Positions 40,401-55,016 of a DNA stretch of 64,000 bases are shown here, one piece after another. Made by a program: the position numbers and the translations under genes. The stretch spans positions 124,001-188,000 of the forward strand of contig MU058748.1 in assembly GCA_013265495.1 (NCBI GenBank), given 5' to 3'. Source of the stretch: Vicugna vicugna (Eukaryota). Position 1 is the stretch's first letter. Every line of letters starts with the position of its first letter. Under the pieces are notes generated by a model, which did not search any database, was not told where the DNA came from, and worked only from the letters and a program-made list of their open reading frames with translations.

Positions 40401-40661
40401 TGCATTAGTTTTCTATTGCTGCCAAACAGATTACCACAAATTTCAGAAGTTGAAAACAACATCCATTTGTTATTTCTCCATTTCCCTGGGCCAGGTGTCT
40501 GGGTAGGGGTACTGAATCCTCTGTTTAGGGGGTTACCAAGAGGAAATTAATATATCAGACAAGACTGTGATCTCATATAAGGCTCCAGTCCTCTTCCATT
40601 CTCATTGATTGTTGGCAAAATTCAGTTCCTTGTGCTTGTAGGATCAAGGCTTACTTGCTTG

Positions 40662-40692
<31 letters not shown>

Positions 40693-40976
40693 TTCGTTTT
40701 TCTAACTGTCAACTAGAGACCATTTTTAATTCCTAGAGGATGTCCACCATTTCCTGCCATGTTGCCCTGTCTGCATTATGGCAGTTTGCTCCTTCAAGGC
40801 CACAGGGGAGCATCTATTGTACCGTTGAATATCTCTGACTTCTACTTCTGACATCCAGATTCTTTTTTTAAAGGGCTCATCAGATTAGTCTCTCATATTC
40901 AAGGGGAGAATGTCATATAGGCATGCACACCAAAGAGTAGGAATTTTGGGAGCCATCTTAGAATTCTGTCTACCAC
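40401..40976 (-). mobile_element. MaLR solo LTR (MLT1D/E-like) with an internal poly-T run
   Basis: TGCATTAGTTTTCTATTGCTGCC...TTACCACAAA start; GCCATCTTAGAATTCTGTCTACCACA end. Confidence 0.88.
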
Positions 40977-43162
40977 AAAGTTCGTTGTCAGCTTCTTTTA
41001 CATGCAAGTTCACTCCAAGGTTGACAGTCATCTACAGTAGCAACTATTTATATGGTACTCTGTGTATTCCAGATTTAGCATAGTGTAACTGAGTTTTCCT
41101 TGCACTAGGATACAGAATATAGTATTCATCAGTGGCACAATGTATAAACAAAACTCATTTGTTATTTCAGGGTATATTAGACACTTGGCATCATGATTTT
41201 ATGCTTCAATTTTCATTTGAAAGTGCCTTAATGAAAAGTAAATGTTGAAATTTTATGAGGTTTATTGGTTTTGTGTTTTGGATTTGACGTAAATGGACAG
41301 GCATCATAAACCTGGGTGTCTTGATTTGCTTTTGTTGGGCACAGCTATACTGCAGAACTTTATGCCATTTTAAAAGCGGACTAATTGCCAATTCTTCAGA
41401 AGTCTTTTCCATTCATAAGAAGCTATCTAGGCTTATGTATCTCTATGGAGAAGTAAATAGCCCATGCCTTTTTAGAAATTGTCATCATCTGCAAACCTCC
41501 AATGAGTCAATGAGACCTAGAAAGAAAGTCAAGTGTAATCTTGACTTTAAAATACAATCATTCTGCCTACCTTAATCTGTTTAGAAATACTTAGGTGGAG
41601 ATAAATTGCATTCTGTACTTACTCATTTTATAGTTGTATAAAGAACATGGACTCTTTGGAACCCATTTCTTTCTTCAAAAGTATAAACATTAATGAATCT
41701 GCACTTAAGAGTAGATACAGGCTAAACCCAACAGATTTATACTTATCCACAGATAAAAGAGAATTTAAATCAAAAGACTCAAGAAATTGCCAGTTAATCT
41801 TGTACATTTTGAACTTGATAGAATTTCAAGAGAGTTCACTCTGCTTATTTCACATCTTTCCACTTACATTTATCTACGTGTAGACAGAATCATCCTGCCA
41901 GATATTTGATGTGAGCTTATGTGAAAAATGAATTCAAATAGTATAGGAGACGAAGCAGCATTCAGAGAGCAAGTTCTCATATATGGGCTAAGAAATTTTA
42001 AAGTCTTTATTTTCCCAGAAATAATTTTGGTAAGACATTCAGAAACACTGTTTTAATTTTATTTTGATTTGCTTTTTCATTTTAAATGTTGTTAAGTTTT
42101 GTTTAAAAGATGTTTCACTCTTAATACAAAATGTCCAAGGACACATTTAATTGAATGAAAGTTTATGAAATCAAATTATTGATAGGATCAGTTCATCAAA
42201 GCTGTATTATTATTACTTACAACCAATTAAAAAATACAGCCAGCCCTTATTTTTAAAAGAAAGGTTCAAAAACTAATTTATGTTTCTGTGTAAATAGATG
42301 TACATTGATGTTTCATTATTGCCTTTAGGTTTTATTTCTCCCTTTATTTGGATTAATTAATTCTAGCTTGTCTTTTTTTACAGAACATTTTCCCATGAAA
42401 AATATTTCAAAAAAAGTATTCTCTGGTCAAATAAACCCCAGTAAACTGCATATTTTGTGCATTTTTGGAGGATTTATAAAACAAGTTATCTTATTAAAGT
42501 CAATGGGAAGTCATGCAGAAATTGTTAGTTTATTGACTTGAACTTTTCAAAAATTAATCAACTATGAAATCAGATACCTTTCCTATATTACATCTGTCAA
42601 CAATAATTGAAACATTAACTTAAAAATATATAGGTATTATTCATCTTGTACATTTGGCTTTTCTTCTTATTTTCTATAGTGTGATTAACTTATGTATGAA
42701 TATGAATATAAAGTATGTTCACATAATATGTACATATATTATATGTATATAAATGCTAATATATATATATATACCCTATGTATACACATGCATATAACTA
42801 ACATATTCATATATGCTAACTCATTTATACACATATATCTATAAATATTTTCAGAGTTTTCTGTGTATATTAACACTAAAAGAGTTCAAACTAATATCTC
42901 AGTCTTAGAGTTCAACAATACAGGTCTTAATTTATGCTCTCACCTTGCTTATTTGTAATGTTTTTCTCTGACATAAAACACTTGACTATCTACAGCTTTT
43001 TCACTTAATTATGTAACCTTAGGATGTATGTGTATGTGTGTGTGTAAATAAATAGAAGTTTTTTGGTTTGGTTTTGTTTGTCTTTTGACTTTCAGTCCTT
43101 TAAAGATATTGTTGCATTATCTTCTAGCTTATAGAGTTTCTGAAGATCAGTCTGTGATTTCC

Positions 43163-44575
43163 TTTTTTATATGTTTTATTGACATATAATTCATATACAA
43201 CACATTTCCTCCATTTAAAGTGCCCAATCCAGTTTTTAGTGAGTTCACACAGTTGCACAACAGCCATCATAATCTCATTTAAAAATGTTTGTTCCGCCCC
43301 TAGAAAACCATCCCATTCTAGCAGCCACTGCCTTTTTCCCACATCCACCCACATTAGTGTAGGGACTCACTAATATAATTTCTGTCTTATAAAATCTAAA
43401 CATTTCATAAAAAGGAAATCCTACAACATGGTCTTTTGTGACTAACTTCTTCCACTTAGCACATTTTAACACTCATCTATGTTGTAGCATGTGTCAATAA
43501 TTCATTTATTGTTACTAATGAATAAGATTTCACTGTATGGCTATTCAGCATTTTATTTTTCCATAAATCAGTTGACGAATTGTTTCTGCTTTGTGGCCGT
43601 TACTTGTAATGCTGCCATGAATGTCCATGCACAAGTGTTTGTGTGGCTGTATTTTTATTTCTCTTGGGTATATAAGTAGGGGTGGAATTGTTAATTCACA
43701 TGTTTAACATTTTGAAAAAATGAAAATCATCTTTTCTAAAGCATATACAACTTTTAAATTCCCACCAAATTGTATGAGTATTCTAATATCTCCCTATTCA
43801 CAAATGATTATATGTATTTTTTAATATAGTCATGCTGGTGAATGTGAAGCTATACCTCACTGTAGTCTCCAGGTTCATTTCCCTGATGACTAATGATCCT
43901 TATGTGTGCTTTTGGCCATTTGTGTATCTTCTTTAGAGAAATGTCTATTTAAATGTTTTCCCTATTTTTAATTGGGTAGTCTTTTATTACTGAATTGAAA
44001 GCATTCTTCATAAATTCTGGATAGAAATCTCTTAGTAGAGATAAGACTTTTAAGTATTTCTCCCATTTTGGGGATTGTCTTTTTACTTACTGTTAATATT
44101 TACAGCAGAAAATTTCTAAATTTTTATGAAATATAATTTATATATTTTATCTTTTGTTGATCATAATTTTGATGTTGTCTCTAAACAAAAGCACTGGCTT
44201 ATCCAAGGGCATAAAGTTATACATCTATGTTTTCCTATGAGAATTTTTATAGTTTTATCTCTAAGCTATACTACAGTTCTGTGTGGTCCATTTTGAGCTA
44301 ACTTTTGTGTATGGCTTGAGTAGAGGTCTAATATCATTTTTTTGCATGTGGATATCCAATTATATGAGCACCATTTGTTGAAAAACTATTCCTGGCACTC
44401 ATGTCAAAAACTAATTGACCATAAGCACAAAGATTTACTAATACATTCTCTATGACATTGATCTATAATGTCTGTATTTATGATAGTACCTCACTCTGTC
44501 AATTAACTGTAGCATTGTAGTAGTCTTGAAATTTGGAAGTGTGAATTCTCCAACTTTGTTTTTCTTTTTCAAATT
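43163..44575 (-). mobile_element. L1MB-like fragment (3'UTR plus ORF2)
   Basis: TTTATTGACATATAATTCATATAC...; CTTTAGAGAAATGTCTATT; AGCACCATTTGTTGAAAA. Confidence 0.9.
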
Positions 44576-44739
44576 TTATACACACAAATATAAGAATAAA
44601 TGAAGAAATAATTATAACAGCTGTTAACGAATTAACAAGTTTTATATATATATATAAAATATCTCACATATTTTTCCCTATACGTTGGTCAAATTTTCTT
44701 GTTTTTTTGTTTGTTTTGTTGCTGTCATTGAAAACTAAA

Positions 44740-46281
44740 AAAATTTAGGTTACACATTGTAATTCTTGATACTGGCCCCATCCCTACCCACACTTCCAGA
44801 GGATTGCTACTGTTGCTCACTTGGCCATTTGTTTATTTGTTTAGTGACTTAGTGGAACTAATTCTGTGAAGTCTATTTCCCCTGTAGTGTATAGCGTCAG
44901 ATGTCCTTGTTCATATTGTTTTCCCTTAGTATTACCTTCTGTATTGGTTGTTAGAAATAGCCCTGGATTGATGTAAACCATTTATTGGTCAAAGATGGTG
45001 CCTAAGTCCCTGTGGCCAGTTAGGTCTGCACCATTAACACTGCATTTGTGGGTGATTTGAGGGGGAGGGCTTATGTTTTTGTCCCATGGTTGTCCCTGGT
45101 ACCAGATGCTTAGAGGTTCCCTTTCTGATAATTTCTGAGAATTTGCAGTTTTGATCATTCACGTTTTCTTCCAGACTGCCAGGACTGACTGTTTTTATTT
45201 TATACTTGAGCTCGTTTTCCTAGGAGTCATGTCCCAGGTCAGAGAAACTTGCTCAATCAGTGTGTGGTCAGAGGTGGTGTTTAAACCCCTCGAACCAGTG
45301 GGATTTTTGCTCTGTATTGATGGCACTGTGTGTGGCTTGGAGAATGATTTCATGTTTGCTCCATCCCCTGCTCTCATTGTCCCTGAGTGGGTGCAGCTTA
45401 GCACATGTGCCCAGCCTTCTTAACGACCAGGGTTGAATTTGTTCCCAGGACACCTGTTCTTCACTCTCTCCCTCACTCTCTTCATTAAACTGCCACTCTG
45501 CCATTTTTGTTTGTGTTATGGGGCTAACATTTCCTCTTGATTTCTCTCCAAGATTTCCACTATTTTTAACAATGACCCTAAACATGGAAGTTTTGCATAC
45601 TGTGTTTCAAATAAAAGCGTCCCCTGAGGCTGAGCTGCAGATCCCTTCCTCCTCCTGGTCTGTTTCCCTCCTTGACTGAACCCCTGCACCATTGCACAAG
45701 GCTGGGTGAGGGGGCAGCACCAGTATTCTCACTCTTCCAGCCCACTTTACCTTATCAGCAAGTGGGGCCAGGGGCACAAGGGGCCTGAGTATTCTTAGCA
45801 CCCCGCACCTGGAGTACAGCCTCAAATCCCGTGTAGAATGACTGGATGGGAGAAGTGAGACCCAGTACTCTCTGACACAACTGCCTAGAATTGAACTTCT
45901 GCGACTGAGGCTGGAGGCAGAAGGAGAAATGCTGGCAGTCTGCTCCTCCAGGGTGAAATTAGACAAACCCAGACCTGGGGAGAAAAGAGGCCCTCTTTTA
46001 CTTGGCCACACCTGCCTGGTGTACAACATCCAGATTAGGGCTTCCAGAACAGATCTGCAGGAAGTGGTAAGGGAGCAGAGAATGGCTCAGATACCACGGA
46101 TGCTCACTATTCATGCTCCAATTTGGTAGACATTTGAAGAAATGTTTTTCCATTTTCTGTTTGGCCTTAGGAAATTTTCCAAAGATTTTAAATAACTTAA
46201 AAAATAATTTTCACCGGTTAAATTGTTATTTTACTAGGAATAGGATCGGCTGAGCTCTTCAGTTGCCATTCCAGAAGTCTT
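44740..46281 (-). mobile_element. Old L1 5'UTR region (L1MD/L1MC-like)
   Basis: GC-richer segment ending GCCATTCCAGAAGTC, the reverse complement of a typical old-L1 5' start. This explains the cluster of short ORFs here. Confidence 0.65.
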
Positions 46282-46354
46282 GTCCCTCTGTGATAGGTCT
46301 TAACTTTATTCCCCTACATGGAAAGTGTATTATGGAAGTTTTTCCAAATGTCTT

Positions 46355-46439
46355 TTTAAAATTTTTTTAATTTAAAATTTTAAAATTTTATGTTTATTTT
46401 AAATATATTTTTATCGAAGTATAATTAGTTTACAATGTT
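46355..46439 (-). mobile_element. Minimal L1 3'-terminal fragment with AT-rich tail
   Basis: TTTTTATCGAAGTATAATTAGTTTACAATGTT matches the 3' terminus seen at 23225. Confidence 0.65.
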
Positions 46440-46449
46440 TTTTTTTTAT

Positions 46450-47250
46450 CTTACTTTATAGAGACTTTGCTTTGATGTGTCTTTATGTGATTTTCTTTGT
46501 GTTTATCCTCTTTAGGCTTTATTGAGCTTCTTGGATTGTTAGTTTCTTAAAATCTTTCTTCAGACTCTTACCCATTGGCAATACAGTTATCCATATGTTA
46601 GACTGATATTATCCAAATCAACTTGAACTTTTATGGATAATTTTTAGTTTTCTTAGGACCTAGAGTTGCCGTTACTCTCAGGCTAAGTAGCTCTACTTCC
46701 AGTGTGTAGCCCTTCTTGAGTCTCTAGGTAAATACCTTTGTATTCAGTAATGTCACTTCTTTCTGGCTAATGGGTACTCAAAAGATTTCTAGCATTTTGT
46801 GAGATCTGGAAATTGCTTAGGTTGTAAGACCACTGTAATGTTTCTTTCCTTAGCACTTGTTATTTACCCAGTCTTGTGGAATTTAAAATGCAGATCGTTT
46901 TTCAACTATAGATTTATGGTTAGTCCTTGATCTGAAGCTCTTTCTGGAGCGCTTTCTCTCCCAAGCTCCTTCTACAGTTCTCTTGCAAATTCTAGGAACC
47001 TTGGTATCTCTGAACTCTGATCTGTGTCTCCTTGATGTGGCAAAATCTGATTCTCTGTCTGTGTTCCCTTTCTCCATTACAGCGGTTAAATTGTCTCCTG
47101 GCAGAATGCTAGGAACTCGGCGGATTCACCTGGTGTATTTGCTTCTCACGTGGATCCTCTGCTGTCTGTGGCCTAGTGTATAAGAAAAGCTGATTCATGT
47201 ATTTTTCCCCAAGTTTCTTTCTGTTTATTTTGGAAGGGCGGTTTTATAGT
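46450..47250 (-). mobile_element. Ancient L1/HAL1 5' region fragment
   Basis: TTTGTGTTTATCCT...TGAGCTTCTTGGAT...; probably continues the fragment at about 43095-43160. Confidence 0.55.
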
Positions 47251-50200
47251 AGTTAAAATTTCGTTGGTAAAAACACAGTTTTAAATAGAACTTTTGAAAT
47301 TGTTAGCACAGCTTTAGTTTATTTTTAATCTTAGGCTCTGCTACCCAAATTCCTTTACTTTCACTCCTTTTACACTTGGGAGTCATTAATATCTCATGTT
47401 TCAGATAAAGCAGAAAAAAGCTTAGTTATTTGAGTTCCTTTTTGTATAGCTTTAAATTGATATCAGAATAAATTTATACATTGAATAATATTTGCTGCTG
47501 AAGCCACTATAACATTTCAGTGTTTTAAAGATGGCAGGAAGGAAAATAGAAGACCATGCTTTAGCTTTAGAAATTTTGAAAGGAGTATTTGATGTTAACT
47601 ACTTATCTCTCTCTGATGAGAAGATATAAATGGAAGTGTTTCTTACTTGGGATATGTGAGAGATTTACTGAGATAACTTTCCACACCAGAATTATTCATG
47701 GAGTAAAAGTAGGAAGTGGATTTTACATTAGGAAGCTAAGTACTGCCTGTAAAGTGTAAGAATATATATTTTAAAGTGAAGATATGGTCTGGAAAAGGGA
47801 ATATAAAAGTGACATTATGAGATTCCATATTTATTTCGTCTCAATAGCTTTTAAATAAAATTTTATGGTATATCAAGACAGAGATAGTTTTCTAACTGCT
47901 GGAATGGTAAAGCTAACCTGTTCTCTTCCTGCCACATTTATCACTGGCAGAAATAAAATTCTGCAATCACTATTTAGATGACAGCCTTTAGATGATATTG
48001 AATAATAAGTAATACATTAACTTTTTATCTTATAACTAAATCCATAAAATTGTTTCAGTAGGTAATTATTTTTCTTTTAAAAGAGAATAAAAATTATGAT
48101 CGTTGAATTATTTCCAGGACTATTTATTTTTTATTACTTTTTTCTTATTTTTAAATTTTTCTCTTATACACTTCTGCCTCTCAGTTTGAATAATTAATTT
48201 ATCATTAGTACAAATCAAACAAATAAGTGTATTCTTAAGTATATTAAATATATCAATTATTTCATAATTATATAATATTCAATCTGATTTCAATGTGTTA
48301 ATGTCAGTATCTTATTAAACAAACCACTGATGCTTCTGTGATTCTTAAAATATTTGAAATATCTCTTTTAAAAAATTGTACATTTTATAGCATTACTTTA
48401 TGAATATTATTCTAGAGTATTTCTTAACTCATTCCTGAATAACATTTCAGCTTACAAAAAACAGTTTTTGCACTATGAGTGTTCAATATCACATGCAGAT
48501 TTTTTCTGTTGGTAAATTAAAATATGTATAACTGAATTGTTTTATACTTCTCATGATAATTTTAATTTCATGATGATGATGCTTCAATTGATCTTCTTTA
48601 TTTAAAAATTATTCCAATAGTAGTTTAAACTATGTTTCCTTTCCAGCTGTTTTTCTAGTTGGATCTGAATGTTCTAGGAATACTATACAAATTTGGCTAC
48701 ATGTGAAATTCAATATCTAATTCATAATTATAACCTCAAAAGTAGTTTCACCAAGAGAAATGGACTGTCCAGTATTTTATTTGAAATATCTAAAATTTAA
48801 AATAAACATTTCTTCTGCCTTTAATGAAAAAGTTTAGTTTAGTCCTTCTGCCCCAGGAAATTGACATGACTACCTAACTTGCCATCCATGGACTGAAAAT
48901 AGGATAAGTTCTTCTAATGTGTTTAACAGCTGTTCTGTTTAGATAACTACCCTGCAATGTAGACAATCTTATATGTATGGGTCAATTGCTTATTGAAAAA
49001 AAAGAAAACCTCACCTATAAGAATATCTTAAATTAATCTTACCCAGAATGATCACATTATGTTTAGAAAGTATAAGGCCACATTTTAAATATTAAAAAAT
49101 TTTTTAAATTACACTTTCAGTTAAAAATGATGTATGGGATACTTGTGATTTGGAGAAAATTACTATGCATTATTCATCTGAACATGAATTAGCAGTGATC
49201 TAGTCAGAAATTCTACTTTTTCCTTCATGTTAAGCACTTATCAAATAAATGGCACATTTGATTTGATCAACCCTGCAGAGCTGAACCAACCTATATGTTA
49301 AATAATTCTTGATATTAATTTTTTAATCTAAAATTAACTTTATTATCCTTGATTGTGACTTTGAATTTAAGCTGTACAGAGTTGTGAGGACGAGTATCAT
49401 AAATTAAAATTATAATGCTTTAGTCATAATCAGTCTTACAGAACAAACTCTAAAAGATTTTCAAGCTCTAGAAATGGACCCTACAGACATGTATGTCTTT
49501 AATGCCCAAATATATGTTGTTGATAATAGGTAGGAAAATCAAATAATAAGTAGACACTTGAAATGCAAAGTTATACATGATTGTGGCAACAGATTTTATA
49601 GGAGCACTCAAAAATACTGTATATGACTGTTAGATTTAACCAGTTTCTTATCAGAGAGCATTCAATAAAAGGACAAGATTGTTGTGAGCTCTGGTTATAA
49701 AGTGGTTAAAAATATGCCTTAGAGAGATGCTCTGAGAGGAAGGAAATGAAGAAAAGAAGGAACGGACAGTGACATAAAAAGTGAATGGATGGGTTATCAC
49801 TTTGTGTGTGTATACTTGACTAATGGGTATGCATGTTTTAGAATTCAAAGGGAAAGAAAGGAAGCAAAATGCTGAATGCAAATAAGGTGGATAGCATCTG
49901 ATAATGACAAAGCTCTGGTGTGGTTATGGAATTGTCAATTGTGTCCTTGAAGGTGGGTGAAGGTGGAAGATATTGAAGCTGAATAGATAAAGGCTCAGAG
50001 CTCAGTTCCAGTGCTCTATCTGAATGTGGGTGAGCACACCAGAATTTCACTAAAGCCATAAAGAGGGCCCATAGATATCAGAATAATTGGTCAAGCAGTG
50101 TGACTCAAAAAGTCAGCAGGATTTGGGCTGGAATAGAATATGAAAGGTTTAAATGACTGTAGGCAGGATAGAGAAGGTTGGGTTTGCTTGCAGTCTTCAT

Positions 50201-51029
50201 CCTTTGTATGCTCTTAGAAAACAAGCATTAGGGAGAAAGCTTTTATTCTCCGAGGAGAGGAAAAATTTATGTTTCATTGGAGTCAAGGATGAAGGACAGA
50301 TATTTGGGGAAAATTTTGAGGTATTAGGAGAGATTTTTGGCCTAGTAAACTTTAGCTCTAGATACACAGTAAAATTGTTTAAAAGGAAAATCAGCAGCAG
50401 AGAGTTGCTTCATCAAGGAGGTATAGACTCATACGAATGTCAGATCCAAGGAATTGAAGACATATCTAGGCCTGGGGAGTTTCATCCTAATGGTATCCTG
50501 GGATCAAAGGAAAGGACTCCACTGTCATTTCCTGCTCCTGGGGACGTTGGGTGGACCAAGACTAAGGCTCTAGGAAATCTTATACGTTCTTAACAGCTGG
50601 AGCTTGATATTAGCAAGGAGCTGTGGAGGACTTGGGCTTTTCCTGTGGTATTTTCTCAATATCAAGGGAAGTATATTGAGTATGTATAGATGAGACTTCT
50701 AAATTTATTTTTTTATCTTGTTATGTATAGTATCATTTGTTAATATGAATTCTGACTGATCTCTTCAGAAAAGTTTAATTTTAATACTTTTATGTTTTCA
50801 TAAAAATGACCTACATCACTTTTTTATAATATAAAAATTTAGAGAAATATAAAGTATTATATCTTTCTCTATATCTATGGTTTTAAGCATTTATCATATA
50901 CATTGCATTTGATATTTAATGTGTAAAGTGGTATAAATAAATATGTTTGGTTGATTACTTTTTTCTCTTCAGTAATTTCACTATTTTCTTCATTCTTTGA
51001 TGCCTTCATTCATTTGTTATATTAAAACC

Positions 51030-51612
51030 TAAGGGTCTCCAGGATCATCCCAAAGTTTGGTAATTTGATAAAATGACTCACAGGACTCAGAAGTCATTAT
51101 ACTCATAATTTTGACTTACTACAGTGAAAGGATACAAAGCAAAATCAGCAAAGGTAGAAAGTGCAGGGAGCAATGTCTAGAAGAAACCAAGCATAAGTTT
51201 CCTCCCCAAGGAGAGTTGCACAGGACACATTTAATTACTCCATCAGTACATTTTGACATGTGTCAAATATTGTTTGCCAAGGAAACTCACTTAAGTCTGG
51301 AAATCCAGGGGTTTTATTGAGCATGGCCCAGTAGGCACATGATACTTACATGACTGATCATGATCACTGAAGCTCCAGATCCAAAAAGGAAAGCAAGTGT
51401 TCATGACAAGTAACATTGTTTGCACAAATTAGCTAGGCAAATCGGTCTAGATAGTTCAAGGCCTGTGGTATGCAAAACACTCTTATCAGCTGGAACATCC
51501 CAAGACTTCAGTTTCCATGAGTTGACCAAGGACATTCATGAAAACAAACCCTGCTTGGAAATGTACAAGATTTGAGCAACTCAGTTCTGTTGAGTTTTTT
51601 ATTTCTTGCACA
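51030..51612 (-). mobile_element. MER21/MER77-like LTR
   Basis: GACTCACAGGACTCAG...TACAGTGAAAGGATACAAAGCAAAATCAGCAAAGG...CCAGGGGTTTTATTG. Confidence 0.8.
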
Positions 51613-51641
51613 ACTACCAAGATTACATTTTTTGTCCCAAT

Positions 51642-51770
51642 ATTTATTTTTCCAGATTTATTGAGATATAATTGACATAGAACATTGTGTATGTTTAAGG
51701 TATACAATATGTTGATTTAATACATTTGTAGATTGTAAAATGATTACAGCTAAGGCATTAAATATCCACT
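51642..51770 (-). mobile_element. L1MA-like 3' end fragment
   Basis: TTTATTGAGATATAATTGACA...TTTAAGGTATACAA...TTGTAAAATGATTAC. Confidence 0.8.
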
Positions 51771-51884
51771 TAAAACAAACAAACAAAAACACCCCATTTT
51801 ATACATGTGTAACCATTATACTTCTAAACCAAGACTGTTACTGTTTAATGGTAATAACCTAGATAGACCACATCATGGTCTGTA

Positions 51885-52385
51885 TAGTAGGTTCTCATTA
51901 TTTGTGATAGTTATGTTCTACAAACTTGTCATAAACACTGAATTAGCAAATGCTGTGCCATTGCTCCTAGGGGAAATATAGGGTTAGAGTCCTGTGAGCC
52001 TCTGGTAACAACAGTTTGGTCAATAGATTAATATAAAAACTCATTTTATAGGTACTTCTGTTTAAACACATCTTATTAAATATGTATTGTTGATTAATTA
52101 ACATAGAACTCACGGCCGATTGCATTACAACTCATGCCCAAGTAAAGCTTATCTAACATACCTATTTTCTCCCCAAGGCACATTAAAACCTTCTTGTGCT
52201 GAGGGACAGTACACAGCACTTTAGTACCATGCTTGGGGGCCATTTTAAATGTCAATATCACCAATGAAAAGCACAAAAATGCAAAAACATGACACTTAAA
52301 TAGACCATGAAAATGACCATGAAAGGTTTATAAGAAGTGACATAAGGAAGTCAGAACATAGTCTTTTTTGACCTCAAATGGTCAA
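51885..52385. mobile_element. MER82 (TcMar-Tigger) DNA transposon, partial
   Basis: TA then TAGTAGGTTCTCATTATT...CCATTGCTCCTAGGGGAAATA...AAGCTTATCTAACA...TTGGGGGCCATTTTAAA. Confidence 0.88.
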
Positions 52386-52399
52386 CTAAACTCCTGATG

Positions 52400-53090
52400 T
52401 TGTTCGTATTTCACCAAAAATGTTCTCTTTTTCTTGTAGTATTCAATCTAAGGTACTATTTTGCACTTAGTTTCTGTCTTTTTTCAGTCTCCTTTAGTCT
52501 GTAACTGTTTCTCAGTATTTCCTTGTTTGGTCTTATCTTAACAATTTTGAGGAGTACCAGCTAGGCATCTTATAGGATGTCCCCACATATGAATTTGGTT
52601 GATGTTTTTCTGATACTTAGACTGAATTTTGAAAAACAGTACTATAGAAGAAAAGTGCCTTTTTTATCACATCATACCAAGAATACATGATATCCATATG
52701 ACAGCAGAGGGGATGTTAACATTGAAGACTTTTAAGGTTGTGTTTGTCAGGTTTTTCCATTGTAAAGCTGACATTTGTTTCTTTCCCTACTTCATTCTTT
52801 GGGAAAAAGAGCTAGTTTTAGCCTATTGTCAGCAGGGGACTGGATATAGAATTAAGCTATACCTCCTGGAGGGAGGCAGTATCTATATATATTATTTAGA
52901 ATTTTTCTGTAAGGAACATTTGTCCTCTCCTAGGTATTTATTTATTCAATTATTTATTTATAGGTGTATGTGTGTATATATTTATTTTATATTTTAGGTT
53001 ATAATATGCTACTACCTTACTTTCCTTGTTGCTCAAACTATTCATCTTTGGCCATTGGGAGTTCTTAGAGTTTGGCTCCTGTGTCCTTTA
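52400..53090 (-). mobile_element. Old L1 3' region (L1MC4-like)
   Basis: TTATAGGATGTCCC...GATGTTTTTCT...GTTTGTCAGGTTTTTCCATTGTAAAG...TTGGCCATTGGGAG. Confidence 0.75.
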
Positions 53091-53419
53091 GAGAGCTATA
53101 TTTTATAATTTAAATTTCTCATTAATTGACTGACTTTTCGGACAGGTTTAATGGAGAGTGTATGTGTTTATATGTGAGGGGTAAAGTAATGTAGGGTTAA
53201 AATACCCATTGGATACAACCAAGTTAAATGAAATCATGAATTTTGATAATGTAGAGATCAGAAGTGAGGAATTGTAAAAAAGAAAATAGGGATTTTTAAA
53301 GATAAATAGAATTGACTTTGTGATAAGTAAAATTAATGATCATCTATGAGTTATATTTTAGTACTCAGATTATTTTTATCAGACACATAGAACAATAATT
53401 TCTTTTCCTCTTCTGCAAT

Positions 53420-54710
53420 ATTGTATCAATGGAAAAATGTAGTATGTAGTCTTTTGTATTTGGATTTTTTCACTTTTAAGCTTTATCCATATCATTGTAG
53501 ATTAGTATTTTGTTCTTTTTTTGTTGCTGAGTGTGGGCAATATGGATAGCCCATACTTTGTGCATGTTTGAGTTGCTTCTGGTTTTTGGCTATTACGAAA
53601 AGCACTGCTATGGATATTTGCATATAAGTCTTTGAATGAATATATGTTGCCATTTCTGCTTGGTAAAAATCTCAGAGTGGAACTACGGGGTCATATGGCA
53701 AAACTATGTTTAACATTTTGAGAAACTACCACATTGTTTGTCAAAATAGCTGTTCCATTGTACATTCTTACCAGGAACATATGAGTTAAAGTTGTTCCAC
53801 ATTCCTGATGACCCTTGATAATGTCAGTCTCTTTAACTTTAGCCATTCTGGCATTGTGTGTTCAGTGGTTTCCATTGTTGCTTGAATTTGCGTTTTTCTA
53901 TTGCTTCTTGTTCACTCGTGTGTCTTCTTTATAAAGAGTTATTTGAAATATCTTACCATTTTTTAACATGATATTTTAGTATTTTTTAAATTTATAATAA
54001 TTTTTTTAATGTTTGTTTTATTTTTCCAGCTCCATTGTCCACTGTCAGATAGAGATTTTATGGATATTTTCTCCCAGTGTGGCTGACCTTTTTTTTTCTT
54101 GTATATCTTCCTAAGAACAAATGTTTTCAATTTGTATGCAGTACATTTTATCACTGTTTTTTCTTTTATGAATTGTGCTGTTTTTGTTTAAAAAATCTTT
54201 AACCAAAGTCACAAGTTTTTGTTTCCCTATTTTATTTTAGTAGTTGGATAGTGTTAATGCCATCTTTAGGTCTTAAATCCATCATGTGTGTCTGTGTGTT
54301 TAGTGCATGATGAGATAAAAATCATGTTTCATTCTTTTTCAAAATGGGTACCTAGTTTCCCCAGCATCATTTATTGAAAATAGTATCTTTATTACATTGA
54401 TTTACCAGACACTTTAGTCAAAGTGAGGGTCTATATCTCGACTCTATTCTATTGATCTATTCATCTCTGCTTATCCAAACAAGGTGCTATTTTGATTATT
54501 GCAACTTTATAGTAAACCTTGAAATCAGGTAATGTAGGTGCTCTAAACTTTATTTTTTTATGAAATTGTTTTGGCTATTCTTGTTTATTTGCCTTCCCAT
54601 TTAAATTTTAAGATCAGTTTGTCATTTTATTCTAAAGACTTGTGCTTTTTACTGGGAATGCATTGAATCTATGTATCAGTGTGGGGAGAATTGTCATCTC
54701 AATAAAGTTG
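53420..54710 (-). mobile_element. Old L1 (L1MC/L1ME-like) 3'UTR-ORF2 fragment
   Basis: TTTTTGGCTATTA...; TTTAGCCATTCTGG; CCCAGCATCATTTATTGAAAA; GCATTGAATCTAT. Confidence 0.85.
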
Positions 54711-54829
54711 TGCCAAGGTTTTACATGTGTGTTTAGGGGGATAGTTGTCAAAAGAGTGTTACTTTTCATTAGCAGGAATCAAAGTCATGATCCATGTTAT
54801 TTAAACATAGACTTCAAAAATACTGAATG

Positions 54830-55016
54830 ATTGCTTCTCAGCCTTTTGGCTAAGATCAAGTGTAATAACTGTCCTTAACAGTTTAATATCTGATATGTCC
54901 TCTATCAAAGGAGAATACATTAAATGGATTTTTAGAGCACAGTGTTGGAATAGGAGCGTCCTCCCTCCACTCCACGCATTGAACTGGTGTTGCAGTTCCT
55001 GTAGGCATGGTTCACC
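54830..55016 (+). pseudogene. RNU2: Full-length U2 snRNA retropseudogene
   Basis: ATTGCTTCTCAGCCTTTTGGCTAAGATCAAGTGT...ATTTTT Sm site...GGTTCACC is collinear with U2. Branch-recognition GTAGTA is mutated to GTAATA. A tail and imperfect TSD (54816-54829 / 55060-55073). Confidence 0.96.

Noticed and set aside
45151..46129. Cluster of overlapping ORFs in GC-richer DNA
   Set aside because: Lies in an old L1 5'UTR-like repeat, where higher GC lowers stop frequency.
50153..50593. 146-aa ORF
   Set aside because: No recognisable domain or splice context. Purine-rich sequence resembling an ancient L2-type repeat.
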